Shown: piece after piece, positions 1 to 9,342 of the stretch | Layout of the letters: every line of letters starts with the position of its first letter | Position numbering within the stretch: position 1 is the stretch's first letter | Sequence record: DRR378314_1125 | Direction: 5' to 3' (one strand) | Length of the DNA stretch: 35,442 nt | Position numbers and translations under genes: made by a program | The notes under the pieces: model-generated | Database searches by the model: none | The model's input: only the letters and a program-made list of their open reading frames with translations | Told to the model about the DNA's origin: nothing

Positions 1-41
1 GTCACATGGATGTGCTTGAGCGTGTTTTGGGCAGCCCACCC
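1..41. repeat. Partial REP/MITE-like palindromic repeat (right half, truncated by window start)
   Basis: Hairpin CACAT-GG-ATGTG (3-14). Reverse complement of 21-41 (GGGTGGGCTGCCCAAAACACG) resembles GGGTGGAGCCTCCCCAGACCGTG at 35399-35421. Lies ~55 nt past the flhB stop. Confidence 0.6.
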
Positions 42-95
42 TCAGAGCACCTCCCCCACAACCAGCAGGCCAGGAATTCAGAACCAAACACCGAG

Positions 96-1232
96 TTAAA
101 CGTCGCGGCGCAAATCCGAAGGAATCGGAAACTTCGGCATATGGGGCTTCTCGCCCCGTCCCTTACGGAACTGGCGAAGCTGGAACACATAGGCGAGAAC
201 CTGGGCAATCGCCATGTACAGACCATCCGGAATCTCGCCACCGATATCGGTGTTGTGGTACACCGCCCGCGTCAAAGGCGGTGTGCGGAGAATCTCCACC
301 TTGTTCTCGCGGGCGATCTCCATGATTTTGAAAGCCGTCTCATCCGATCCCTTCGCCACCACAATCGGCGCCGCCATATTCTTCTGGTCGTACTTCAACG
401 CCACCGCGTAGTGCGTCGGGTTGGTAATCACCACATCCGCTCCGGGCACATCCTGCATCATCCGCCGCTGAGCCATCTCACGCTGCAACTGGCGAATCTT
501 GCCCTTCACCTCCGGCTTGCCCTCCGTATCCTTGAACTCATCCTTGACCTCCTGAAGCGTCATCCGCAGTTTCTTATGGTGGTCGTACATCTGGAACGGT
601 ACGTCGATAAACGCGATGATGATGGTGGCGCAGGCAAGGACGAAAAAGCTCCAGCCCAATGTCCACAGCACGTGTTCCATGGCGGACCTGGCGGGCTCTT
701 CGGAAATACTGAGTAAATCATCGGTACGCAGGTTGAGGATCAGGATGGCAACGGCCATCACCAGCCCCACTTTCAGGATGGCTTTGACCAACTCTATCAG
801 AGAGCGCATGGAGAACATGCGCTTCAAACCCTTGAAGGGGTCCATTCGGTTGAACTTCGGCGCAATGGCTTTGCCACTGATCAGCAATCCGCCAATGCCT
901 ATAGAACCCGCTATGGCAGCCACCAACAGCAGGATCAGAAGCGGGGCAAGCGCGAAGGCGGCCTCCTTCGCGGATTGGATGAGTTGCACGCTCATGTGCC
1001 GGGTATCGAAGATGGCCGAGCGTTCCAACACGAAGCTGTCCCGCATGATGCTTTCCATCGAAGCGCCTAACGAAGCGCCGAACATCAGCAGGCCACCGGC
1101 TCCGGCCAACAGAACGGCCATGGTGGCCAGTTCCTTGGAGCGCGCAGTCTGGCCATCCTCCTTGGCTTTCTCAAGTCGCCTGGGGGTGGGCTCTTCGGTT
1201 TTTTCCTGGCTGTTGTCGTTTTCTTCGGCCAT
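96..1232 (-). CDS. flhB: Flagellar export apparatus substrate-specificity switch FlhB
   Basis: N-terminal EKTEEPTPRRLEKAKEDGQ, TM segments, NPTH autocleavage motif (VITNPTHYAVAL); follows fliR. Confidence 0.97.
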   Translation of the reverse strand: MAEENDNSQEKTEEPTPRRLEKAKEDGQTARSKELATMAVLLAGAGGLLMFGASLGASMESIMRDSFVLERSAIFDTRHMSVQLIQSAKEAAFALAPLLILLLVAAIAGSIGIGGLLISGKAIAPKFNRMDPFKGLKRMFSMRSLIELVKAILKVGLVMAVAILILNLRTDDLLSISEEPARSAMEHVLWTLGWSFFVLACATIIIAFIDVPFQMYDHHKKLRMTLQEVKDEFKDTEGKPEVKGKIRQLQREMAQRRMMQDVPGADVVITNPTHYAVALKYDQKNMAAPIVVAKGSDETAFKIMEIARENKVEILRTPPLTRAVYHNTDIGGEIPDGLYMAIAQVLAYVFQLRQFRKGRGEKPHMPKFPIPSDLRRDV

Positions 1233-1261
1233 GGTCGGTCTTCGTCAATGCGAGGCGACTT

Positions 1262-2044
1262 TTACGGTTGCCCCTGCAGGTTTCGCATGAATTCGAAGGT
1301 TTCTCGAGTGTACTGATCAAAGTGCGGCAGAAAATTGGCGTGCAGCACCCATATGGAGAACAATCCAAAAATCAGGCCAATCGGGAAACCCAGGGCGAAT
1401 ATGTTCATCTGCGGCGCGGCGCGGGTCATGACGCCGAAGGAGATGTTGACGATAAACACGGCCGTTACCGCAGGCAGCGCCAACAGCATGGCGGACGCAA
1501 ATATCCAACTGATGCGATGCGCCAATTGCCAGACACCTGCCTGCCCCAGCCCCTCAAGACCAATGGGCATGGTGCGGAAGCTTTCGATGAAGACTTCAAA
1601 CGCCACCAGATGGCCGTTCATGGCCAGGTACAGCAGCGTGATGGTGATGGTGTAGATCTGCGCCAGCACCGGCACGTTCACGCCGTTGGCGGGGTCCACC
1701 ATGGAGGCGAAGCCGAGGCCCATCTGCATGGCGATCATTTGTCCGGCTACCACAAACAGCTGGAACAAGGCCGTGAGCGCGAAGCCCATGCCGACGCCGA
1801 TCAGGATTTGCTGCAGGGTAATGACCACGCCGTCGGCGCTGAACGCATCCACTTGGGGTACCGGGGGAATCATGGGCACCACCAGGATAGTGATGATCAG
1901 TGCCAGCCCCAATCGCACCCGGGCGGGAACCAGTTGGGTACCGATGAAAGGGATGACCATCATGAAGCTGGCCAGCCGAAACAGCGGCCACAGGTGTTGC
2001 CCCACCCACTGGTTGATCAGGTCGGCTGATATTTCCGTGGGCAT
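1262..2044 (-). CDS. fliR: Flagellar export gate protein FliR
   Basis: 260-aa hydrophobic protein with QMGLGFASMVDP and RAAPQMNIFALGFP motifs. Confidence 0.96.
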   Translation of the reverse strand: MPTEISADLINQWVGQHLWPLFRLASFMMVIPFIGTQLVPARVRLGLALIITILVVPMIPPVPQVDAFSADGVVITLQQILIGVGMGFALTALFQLFVVAGQMIAMQMGLGFASMVDPANGVNVPVLAQIYTITITLLYLAMNGHLVAFEVFIESFRTMPIGLEGLGQAGVWQLAHRISWIFASAMLLALPAVTAVFIVNISFGVMTRAAPQMNIFALGFPIGLIFGLFSIWVLHANFLPHFDQYTRETFEFMRNLQGQP

Positions 2045-2049
2045 CCCGC

Positions 2050-2319
2050 TCAGCCGATCAGGTAGGGAATGCTGGTGATCAGCCGATTCGCATGATCAAG
2101 CAGCTGAGTCAGCATCCAGGGGCCTGCAACGATAATGGTGATCAGTGTCACCAGCAGCCGGGGCAGGAAACTGAGGGTCTGTTCGTTGATCTGGGTGGCG
2201 GCCTGGAAGGTACTGACCACCAGGCCGATCACTAGGCCAGGGCCGATAATCAGCGTTGCCAGGACCACAATCAGCCACAGGGCTTCGCGGAGGATATCGA
2301 TAACGGTTTCGGGTGTCAT
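2050..2319 (-). CDS. fliQ: Flagellar export gate protein FliQ
   Basis: 89 aa, FQAATQINEQTLSFLPRL motif. Confidence 0.97.
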   Translation of the reverse strand: MTPETVIDILREALWLIVVLATLIIGPGLVIGLVVSTFQAATQINEQTLSFLPRLLVTLITIIVAGPWMLTQLLDHANRLITSIPYLIG

Positions 2320-2331
2320 GGTCGCTCTCCC

Positions 2332-3096
2332 CTATATCCCGTAACTGGCGGCCAGCGTACCCATGATCAGGGCCCAACCGTCCACCAGAACAAACAGCAT
2401 GATTTTAAACGGCAGTGAAATGATGATCGGAGACAACATCATCATACCCATGGCCATCAAGACACTCGCGACCACCATGTCGATAATCAGAAATGGAATA
2501 AACAGGATGAACCCGATCTGGAACGCGGTTTTCAGTTCGCTGGTCACGAAGGCGGGCAGCAGCACCCAGAAAGAGACGTCTTCGGCGGTGTCGTATTCTT
2601 CGTCTGCGATACGCATGAACAAGCCAAGGTCGCTCTCTCGGGTCTGCGCCATCATGAATTTACGGAACGGTTGGCTGGCCTGCTCCACAGCCTCAAGCGA
2701 GCTTAGCTCCTCCTGCATGTAGGGCTGCAACGCCACTTCGTTCACTTCTTCCAGTACCGGCTTCATGATGAAAATCGTCAGGAACAGCGTCAGGCCGAGA
2801 AGGATCTGGTTGGACGGCGTGGACTGCAACCCCAGGGCCTGGCGCAGAATCGCAAAGACGACGATGATACGGGTGAAGGACGTCATCATCATCAGCATGG
2901 CGGGCAGGAACGTCAGCGCCGTCATCAGCGCCAGGATTTGCAGGGATACAGAGTATTCCTGAACGCCCTCTTCCTCGCCCGGGGTTACCGTGAAGGCCGG
3001 AATACCAGGTATATCCGCCAGTGCCGCAGGGGCCCAGACAGAAAGAAGGACAAGCGTCAGTAAAGCGAGGATGCGCCCGGGCACATGCACGACCAT
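2332..3096 (-). CDS. fliP: Flagellar export gate protein FliP
   Basis: [24 protein letters not shown] and [15 protein letters not shown] motifs. Start moved to ATG 3096 (GGAAGG upstream, right after fliO stop), giving a signal-peptide-like N-terminus. Confidence 0.95.
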   Translation of the reverse strand: MVVHVPGRILALLTLVLLSVWAPAALADIPGIPAFTVTPGEEEGVQEYSVSLQILALMTALTFLPAMLMMMTSFTRIIVVFAILRQALGLQSTPSNQILLGLTLFLTIFIMKPVLEEVNEVALQPYMQEELSSLEAVEQASQPFRKFMMAQTRESDLGLFMRIADEEYDTAEDVSFWVLLPAFVTSELKTAFQIGFILFIPFLIIDMVVASVLMAMGMMMLSPIIISLPFKIMLFVLVDGWALIMGTLAASYGI

Positions 3097-3097
3097 G

Positions 3098-3577
3098 TCA
3101 GGAACCTTCCTTCGATGAAGAACCAGAGCCCCAGGACTTTCCAATCATGCCCTGGAGTTTACGGGCAAAATCACCAGACACCGGCTCACCGGCACTGACC
3201 ACCGGTTCGTCAAACACATGCAACGTGCGAATGGCCGATGGTGTCACGCCAATCAGAATCTGTTTGCCGCCGACCTCGATCAGCGCAATCCGCTCACGGG
3301 TGCCCATGGGCATTACCGAAACCACCTTGATGGCCCGGGTATTGCCGCCGCTCATACCGCTCATGCGCCGTACGATCCAGGCACAACCGAAGATGATGGC
3401 GATCACCGCCAGCAAGCCAACCCCCAAGGTCAGCATGGTGGCCAGGGTATCGGGTGCCGTGGCGACCTCCCGTGCCGGCGCCTCTTGCTCCTGGGCGAGC
3501 ACCAGCGTGGGCATGGAAAGCGTCATCACAGTGAAGGTAATGCCGTAACGGACCATTGATCGACGCATCCGCTCCAT
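3098..3577 (-). CDS. fliO: Flagellar biosynthesis protein FliO
   Basis: One TM helix then [22 protein letters not shown], typical of FliO; lies between fliN and fliP. Exact start uncertain (3577/3568/3556). Confidence 0.9.
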   Translation of the reverse strand: MERMRRSMVRYGITFTVMTLSMPTLVLAQEQEAPAREVATAPDTLATMLTLGVGLLAVIAIIFGCAWIVRRMSGMSGGNTRAIKVVSVMPMGTRERIALIEVGGKQILIGVTPSAIRTLHVFDEPVVSAGEPVSGDFARKLQGMIGKSWGSGSSSKEGS

Positions 3578-3578
3578 C

Positions 3579-4097
3579 TTACTTCTGCAACCGTTTGATG
3601 CGTTCGCCGGGGCTAATCACGTCTGTCAGGCGGATGCCGAACTTCTCGTTCACCATGACCACTTCACCGTGGGCAATCAGAGTGCCATTTACCAGCACAT
3701 CCAGCGGCTCACCCGCCAGCCGATCCAGCTCGATAACCGAACCCTGGTTTAACTGCAACAGGTTGCGAATCGGTATCTGGGTGTTGCCCACTTCCATGGA
3801 AATCGTCACAGGAATATCGAGGATGACATCCAGGTCAGGTGCAGGGCCCGTGCCCTGGCTGAAGTTTGACCCCTCTGGAAACTCTTCCATAGGCGCTGCA
3901 CGGACATTGTCTTTGCTGTCACCGGATTCGTCTTCGCCTTCACCGGTTTCGCCAGCCTCAGCCATGGCAGCCGCCCACTCATCCTCACGGCCGTCCTCGT
4001 CGGAATCTCCCGACTCTTCCATGGCGGATTCCCACTCGGCAGCGAGCTTCTCGTCTTCGCTGAGTTCCTGCTCGTCTTTCTTATCGTCGTCAGCCAT
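3579..4097 (-). CDS. fliN: Flagellar motor switch protein FliN
   Basis: SpoA domain LDVILDIPVTISMEVG...GEVVMVNEKFGIRLTD; acidic N-terminus with EWAAAMAE. Confidence 0.97.
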   Translation of the reverse strand: MADDDKKDEQELSEDEKLAAEWESAMEESGDSDEDGREDEWAAAMAEAGETGEGEDESGDSKDNVRAAPMEEFPEGSNFSQGTGPAPDLDVILDIPVTISMEVGNTQIPIRNLLQLNQGSVIELDRLAGEPLDVLVNGTLIAHGEVVMVNEKFGIRLTDVISPGERIKRLQK

Positions 4098-5088
4098 TGC
4101 GTCCCACCTTCAGTTGTTTTTTCACTTTCGGCACTGTTGCCCGGTCATGAATTCTTAGCGCCAGCTTGCCATCACGGGTCCCCATCGTGGCTTTGTAGAC
4201 GGGAATACCGTTTGCAGTCAGCGTCAGCAGTTCGGGGATTTCCACCGGGATGATGTCCCCCTCCTTGAGTTTGGCGATATCGCGCAGGGAAATACGCCGC
4301 CGGCAGACCGTGGTGTTGATCGGCACATTGACGTCTTTGATATCTTCCTGCAGAGCGCTGACCCAGCGCTCGTCCACGTCGTCAATATCGCTCTGAACAC
4401 CGGCATCAAGCACATCCCGGATAGGCTCGATCATCGAGTAAGGCAGCGCCATGTGGAGTTCACCACCGCCGCCGTCGAGTTCGATGTGAAAAGTACTCAC
4501 AACCACGACTTCACTGGGACTGACGATGTTGGCCATGGCCGGATTGACCTCGGAACTGAGGTACTCGAAGTCCACTTTCAGCACCGCATGCCACGCTTCC
4601 CGCATGTCATGGAACACCTGATCAAGCACCATCTGAACAATGCGGGTTTCCGTCGGGGTGAATTCACGGCCCTCGATCTTGGCGTGACGGCCTTCCCCGC
4701 CGAAAAAGTTGTCCACCAACTTGAAGACCAGTTTGGCGTCCAACACAAACAGTGAGGTACCGCGCAGGGGGCGAACCTTGCAAAGGTTGAGACTGGTGGG
4801 CACATATAGGGTATGGATGTACTCGCCGAACTTCATGATCTGAACGCCGCCGGTGGAGACATCGGCATTGCGACGCAACAGATTGAACAGGCTGATCCGA
4901 GTGTAACGGGCGAAGCGCTCGTTGATCATCTCCAGTGTGGGCATCCGGCCACGGACAATGCGGTCCTGGCTGGCGAGGTCGTAGGACTTGATACCGGCTT
5001 CGTCGGTTTCCTCATAGGTATCAATGTCGCCGTCGTCCACACCATGGAGGAGCGCGTCGATTTCATCCTGTGACAGTAAGTCCTGCAT
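4090..5088 (-). CDS. fliM: Flagellar motor switch protein FliM
   Basis: CheY-binding LLSQDEIDALL; RGRMPTLEMINERFAR; FFGGEG motif. Confidence 0.97.
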   Translation of the reverse strand: MQDLLSQDEIDALLHGVDDGDIDTYEETDEAGIKSYDLASQDRIVRGRMPTLEMINERFARYTRISLFNLLRRNADVSTGGVQIMKFGEYIHTLYVPTSLNLCKVRPLRGTSLFVLDAKLVFKLVDNFFGGEGRHAKIEGREFTPTETRIVQMVLDQVFHDMREAWHAVLKVDFEYLSSEVNPAMANIVSPSEVVVVSTFHIELDGGGGELHMALPYSMIEPIRDVLDAGVQSDIDDVDERWVSALQEDIKDVNVPINTTVCRRRISLRDIAKLKEGDIIPVEIPELLTLTANGIPVYKATMGTRDGKLALRIHDRATVPKVKKQLKVGRNG

Positions 5089-5130
5089 ACGTATCTCTGC
5101 CTGTGGTGTCCGCCCTAGCCGGGCCCGGTT

Positions 5131-5188
5131 GTACGCTCTCGTACATCTTCTCTAGTACATCTCTAATGCATTTCTAACGCATTCTCTA
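5131..5188. repeat. Degenerate tandem repeat (about five units of 10-14 nt) in the fliL-fliM gap
   Basis: Minus strand from the fliL stop: TAGAGAATGCGT / TAGAAATGCAT / TAGAGATGTAC / TAGAGAAGATGTAC / GAGAGCGTAC. Confidence 0.6.
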
Positions 5189-5695
5189 CTGAACAACAAA
5201 GTTCCTGAACAGCACGGCCAGCAAGGGCGGCTCCCCTTCCTGCTCTAGCGTGCTGTTAACGGTTGCCAGCATATCATCGGCCAGAGCCTGCCGACCTTCC
5301 GGTGTCTGCAATTCATTAAAGTCCGTGCCGCCAAGCACACCGATCAGTTGGCTGCGCAGTAGCGGCATATGGCGGTTGGCCGCCTCCAGCGCTACCGGGT
5401 CCTGGGCCTCGAAAGCCAGGTAGACCTGGGCGTATCTCTGTCGTCCCTCAGCCTGGACGGTTGTCACCAACGCCTTCTCCAACACCGCGTAAGTGCTGGG
5501 GACAAACACCTCGACCTGTTCCGCGCCTTCCTCTTGCTCCGCATCACCCATTCCCGGGATGCCGCCCCCGAGGAACCACATGGTGCCAACCACCGACAAC
5601 CCGACCGCCAGAACCACCACCACGATCAGCATCAGTATCAGCTTGAGTTTGCCTTTCTTTGCCGGCGCCTCGGGGGGCGCATTGTTTTCAGCCAT
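5186..5695 (-). CDS. fliL: Flagellar basal body-associated protein FliL
   Basis: Basic patch, single N-terminal TM, C-terminal VLFRNFVVQ; first gene of fliL-flhB block. Start set at ATG 5695. Confidence 0.93.
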   Translation of the reverse strand: MAENNAPPEAPAKKGKLKLILMLIVVVVLAVGLSVVGTMWFLGGGIPGMGDAEQEEGAEQVEVFVPSTYAVLEKALVTTVQAEGRQRYAQVYLAFEAQDPVALEAANRHMPLLRSQLIGVLGGTDFNELQTPEGRQALADDMLATVNSTLEQEGEPPLLAVLFRNFVVQ

Positions 5696-5746
5696 AACGT
5701 AGGTCTGCCAGAAATCCGTCAACCGGATCGGTTATAGAGAAGTTAA

Positions 5747-5762
5747 AGCAAAGGACGGGCCA
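5747..5762 (-). promoter_or_regulatory. sigma54 -24/-12 promoter of fliLMNOPQR-flhB
   Basis: Minus strand TGGCCCGTCCTTTGCT (GG-N10-GC), ~50 nt upstream of fliL. Confidence 0.8.
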
Positions 5763-5852
5763 GATAAGCCCATCCTCCCTATCAGAACAGCAGTTTAGCG
5801 TTGCAAGGAAGGATGGGCAAAGGAAGAGTCATCGGGTGGGCGGGTGCCAGGG

Positions 5853-7073
5853 TCAGGCGAAGATATCGACTTCGCCTTTCCAGGTCAGATCGAGAGATTC
5901 CGTCGTCCGTTCCTGATCATCAGCGCTGACATCCGCAAGTGCTGCCCCATCGCCCCTGTCGCCGTCCCCGGCGTTGTCTTCACCCGCCTGCTGCTGAGAG
6001 GAATCCGAGACGTCAAACTGGTCCAGTGATAACCCCTGCTCGCTCAGCATATCCCTGAGGCGGTGGCTGTGCAGTTCAAGCTGGTCCCGCACGGCCGGGT
6101 TGGCAGAATGGACGGTAATGTGTGCCTGCTCATGCTGGACCTGGACTCTGACTTCCATAGGCCCCATATCAGGCGGCGTGAGGTGTATCTCGGCAACCGA
6201 CATGTTGCGTGCGGTCAGCCAGGTCAGTTTTCCGACGAGTTTGTCCCCCCACTCCGCATGACTGACCGGCACATCAATGGAGGTGGTATAGCCCCGCAAG
6301 TTGGCGGCCTCGGCAGGCAGTTTTGCCGCGTTCGGATTGGCCAACTGCTGGTTAGCCAGTTCTGCGGCGGTCTGGAAACGCATGGCTCCCTGCAGCGACG
6401 GGGCTTCCTGGGAACGGGACGCGTCTGCCGCCACACCTGATAACAATGCGTCGGTTAATGCCAGACTCTGTGCACCGCCTTGTCCGGCACCCTGCGCTGT
6501 CGACAGGCCCGGCTTGCCCGCGGTATTACCCGGCAAGCCAGCAATCATTCCGGCAAAAGCCTGCACACCCGGCAGCGCGCCATTGCCTGTAACCGGATTA
6601 CCGCCTGCCGCTGCCGTGGTATTTCCTCCCGCCGGCATCAGCAGCGCCTGAAGTTCAGCAAATGTCAGGGGAACAACCGCCTCCGGCGCTTCCTGGTCCG
6701 CTAACACCCCAGAGGCAGCCTCCTCAGCCGGGATAGCCTCCTCGCTGCCAGCGGTGGGTTTTTCCCGAGCCCCTTCATCGCCCTGGGTCTGCGCGTTGCC
6801 TGCCTGGGTAGTGGCTCGCGGCTCTTCGTTGCCATCGGCAGGTTTGCTTTCGCTGCCGTCCTGACGATTGACCTGTTCGTTACGAGCAGCATCCTCGGCT
6901 CGAGCCTGGTCACGCTTTTCAGCCTGTTTCCGGTCAATCCGTTGCTGCTCGGCACGGGACACGGAATCAAACGGGCTATCGCCGTTCTTTTCACGGTTGC
7001 CTGAGGCACTCTTTGAACCGGTATCGGCCTTAGGGCCCTGTGGGGAAGCCTGGGGAAGAACCATTTCGGACAT
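5853..7073 (-). CDS. fliK: Flagellar hook-length control protein FliK
   Basis: Low-complexity A/G/Q-rich N-terminus; C-terminal T3S4 domain (AEIHLTPPDMGPMEVRV...RLRDMLSEQGL...VDIFA). Confidence 0.92.
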   Translation of the reverse strand: MSEMVLPQASPQGPKADTGSKSASGNREKNGDSPFDSVSRAEQQRIDRKQAEKRDQARAEDAARNEQVNRQDGSESKPADGNEEPRATTQAGNAQTQGDEGAREKPTAGSEEAIPAEEAASGVLADQEAPEAVVPLTFAELQALLMPAGGNTTAAAGGNPVTGNGALPGVQAFAGMIAGLPGNTAGKPGLSTAQGAGQGGAQSLALTDALLSGVAADASRSQEAPSLQGAMRFQTAAELANQQLANPNAAKLPAEAANLRGYTTSIDVPVSHAEWGDKLVGKLTWLTARNMSVAEIHLTPPDMGPMEVRVQVQHEQAHITVHSANPAVRDQLELHSHRLRDMLSEQGLSLDQFDVSDSSQQQAGEDNAGDGDRGDGAALADVSADDQERTTESLDLTWKGEVDIFA

Positions 7074-7176
7074 GGCAACCTCTTGCCGCTTTTACTGATT
7101 TACGGTGGCATCTGCTCGCTGCAGACCTCTGTTTCAGTACGCTTACCTGCCGTTTAGCGTACCTTTACCGTAATAA

Positions 7177-7192
7177 AGCAAAAGCGGTGCCA
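7177..7192 (-). promoter_or_regulatory. sigma54 promoter of fliK
   Basis: Minus strand TGGCACCGCTTTTGCT, consensus TGGCAC-N5-TTGCT. Confidence 0.88.
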
Positions 7193-7202
7193 TTTGGTTA
7201 CC

Positions 7203-7547
7203 TCACTCGATAAACCGCCTGAGAGTTCCTTCGATCCGTCGGAATTCACTCTCTATGGCGTTCAGCATGACGCCGGCCTGTTCCAGGCGATTATCGCGGC
7301 CGGCCTTTTCTGCTTCGAAACACAACTCGCCAAGCCGAGGGGCCCCTATATTGATGCAGCTGCCTTTAAAGCTATGGGCCGATTTCGCCAGCGCGTCTGC
7401 GTCTGATTGTTCAAGTGCTGTCCGCATATGCGCAATACGGTCAGAGGAATCATGGAGGTAGGTGTTGATCAGGATGTCGAATTCATTCTCCATCACCTCC
7501 TGCAACTCTGCCAGCGCTTCTTCATCAAGGTGTGGTTTGTCCGTCAT
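7203..7547 (-). CDS. hptB: Histidine phosphotransfer (Hpt) protein, HptB-like
   Basis: AHSFKGSCINIGA Hpt motif; ATG 7547 overlaps the upstream stop (ATGA); syntenic with hsbR/hsbA as in Pseudomonas. Confidence 0.85.
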   Translation of the reverse strand: MTDKPHLDEEALAELQEVMENEFDILINTYLHDSSDRIAHMRTALEQSDADALAKSAHSFKGSCINIGAPRLGELCFEAEKAGRDNRLEQAGVMLNAIESEFRRIEGTLRRFIE

Positions 7548-9310
7548 GACCAACCCCCTAATTGTTGGGTGGCACTGCCCTCGCGAGCAGCAACCTCGGA
7601 AAAATACCAATCATATACAATTTCTGCCCGGGTGCCATTTTCCCGGTAACTCAGTGAACGGCCCAGTTTCTGCAGTAGCATCAACCCCCGTCCCGAATAG
7701 CCTCGATGATCCCCAGCCTCCAAACATTCGCTGCGGAAATCGAAACCGCTACCGCTGTCCTCGCAGACGATGGCCAAACGGCCTCCCCTGTCTGTCATGG
7801 TATGGGTCAATGTAAAGCGTATAAAGTGCCCCTTCACATCGCCCAATCTTCGCTCACGCTCGGCGTAGTATCGCCCGAAACCGTCAGGGGTCGCCTTCCA
7901 GTCGGAACACAGGCCAAGTACACCATGCTCCAATGCATTGGTGTACAACTCTGATAACAGCGTATAGATCTCGCCACTTTTCCGGCGTAGCCCCGGCACT
8001 TCCATGCAGATGTGCAGCAACAACGGAAGGGGGCTGAACTGCGCCAGGGTTCGATCCTGCACCTCGTAGACGCAATGCCACTCAGCCGGGCCTTCCAATG
8101 CTGACTGGGGCAATCGTTCGGAGATGCCGGCCAGCTCAGCCTCTTCCACCATGCGCAAGGTGATCAACGTCAGATCATCCTGCTCGGGCTGATTTCCGGT
8201 AAAGGCACGGATACCGTCCATGACCGTCTCAAACGGCGAATCATCATGGCCGGCTTCTTCCAGTGAGCAGACAAGACGCTGCTCTCCATACATCTCGCCC
8301 TGCCGGTTCTCAGCTTCCATCACGCCGTCCGTCATCATCAGCAAGGTATCACCCGGTGCGGTATGAAACACCTCCATACCTGCGTCAAACCGGGCGTTAC
8401 CAATCACGCCCAATGGCAGATGACGGGACACAACGGTTTCCCGCGTTCCGTCCTCTCTAAGAAGCACGCCGTCCGGAAGCCCGCCGTTCCATATCTGCAG
8501 CTGATTCAGATGAAAATCTGCCTGAATCATGGCTGCACAACAGAACATGCCGGTGGGCAGGATCCGGCCGAGCTTCTGATTAATCTCCCGAAGCACGTCG
8601 CTGCCGCTGAATCCCTTGCTGGTCATGCCATAGAATATTTCCGCCACAGGCATGGCTCCAATGGCGGCCGGCAAACCGTGACCGGTGAAATCCCCAATCA
8701 GTATCTGCATGCCACCGGCCGGTCGGGGACAGGCAAACAGCACATCACCATTAAAAATCGACATCGGCGACGCGTGAAAGCGAATATTGGGGGCATCCAG
8801 GCAGCCGGTGTGGGCAACGTTATCAAACACCCGCTTGGCAATTTCCTGCTCTTCCAGCAGTTTGCTATTGCGTTCGCGGATCAGATCCCGGTGATGGCTG
8901 ATGGTCCGATGCATCAACCGCATGCGATTAAAGGCGTTGATCTTTGCTTCAATGATGATGCGGTTATAGGGCTTGGTCAGAAAATCGTCGCCGCCGGCTT
9001 CCAGGCAACGGGCCAACGCATCGGCATCTGACAGCGACGTGAGGAAAATCAGGGGGACCAACTGCTCGCCCGCCAGCGCCTTGATCTGGCGGGCCGCCTC
9101 CATTCCATCCATGACCGGCATCAACGCATCCAGTAACACGATGTCCGGCGACGATTCGCGGAAAATGTTGACCGCTTCCAACCCGTTTGCCGCGTCCTCA
9201 ACGTTGTGACCAAGGCGGCGCAACAGTGTTTTGAGTATCAGACGATCGCTGTCGCTGTCATCGGCGATGAGAATCCGGAGTGGCCGGTTTTCCGGGAGTG
9301 GATCATCCAC
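7544..9310 (-). CDS. hsbR: REC + PP2C (SpoIIE) phosphatase + HATPase anti-sigma kinase, HsbR-like
   Basis: REC (ILIADD, LDALMP, FLTKP), PP2C (DFTGHG, MTDG, DDLT), GHKL C-terminus (ELYTNALEHG, DSGSGF, GRGL). Confidence 0.85.
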   Translation of the reverse strand: MDDPLPENRPLRILIADDSDSDRLILKTLLRRLGHNVEDAANGLEAVNIFRESSPDIVLLDALMPVMDGMEAARQIKALAGEQLVPLIFLTSLSDADALARCLEAGGDDFLTKPYNRIIIEAKINAFNRMRLMHRTISHHRDLIRERNSKLLEEQEIAKRVFDNVAHTGCLDAPNIRFHASPMSIFNGDVLFACPRPAGGMQILIGDFTGHGLPAAIGAMPVAEIFYGMTSKGFSGSDVLREINQKLGRILPTGMFCCAAMIQADFHLNQLQIWNGGLPDGVLLREDGTRETVVSRHLPLGVIGNARFDAGMEVFHTAPGDTLLMMTDGVMEAENRQGEMYGEQRLVCSLEEAGHDDSPFETVMDGIRAFTGNQPEQDDLTLITLRMVEEAELAGISERLPQSALEGPAEWHCVYEVQDRTLAQFSPLPLLLHICMEVPGLRRKSGEIYTLLSELYTNALEHGVLGLCSDWKATPDGFGRYYAERERRLGDVKGHFIRFTLTHTMTDRGGRLAIVCEDSGSGFDFRSECLEAGDHRGYSGRGLMLLQKLGRSLSYRENGTRAEIVYDWYFSEVAAREGSATQQLGGWS

Positions 9311-9342
9311 ATCAGGCCTCCGTGACGACTTATTCGTTTGAT

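Noticed and set aside
1..95. No flhA/flhF after flhB
   Set aside because: The window ends here, so absence cannot be judged.
6..716. 236-aa plus-strand ORF
   Set aside because: Antisense shadow of flhB; no recognisable motifs; explained by codon bias.
5131..5188. Possible mini-CRISPR in the fliL-fliM gap
   Set aside because: Units are only 10-14 nt, have no spacers, and no cas genes are present.
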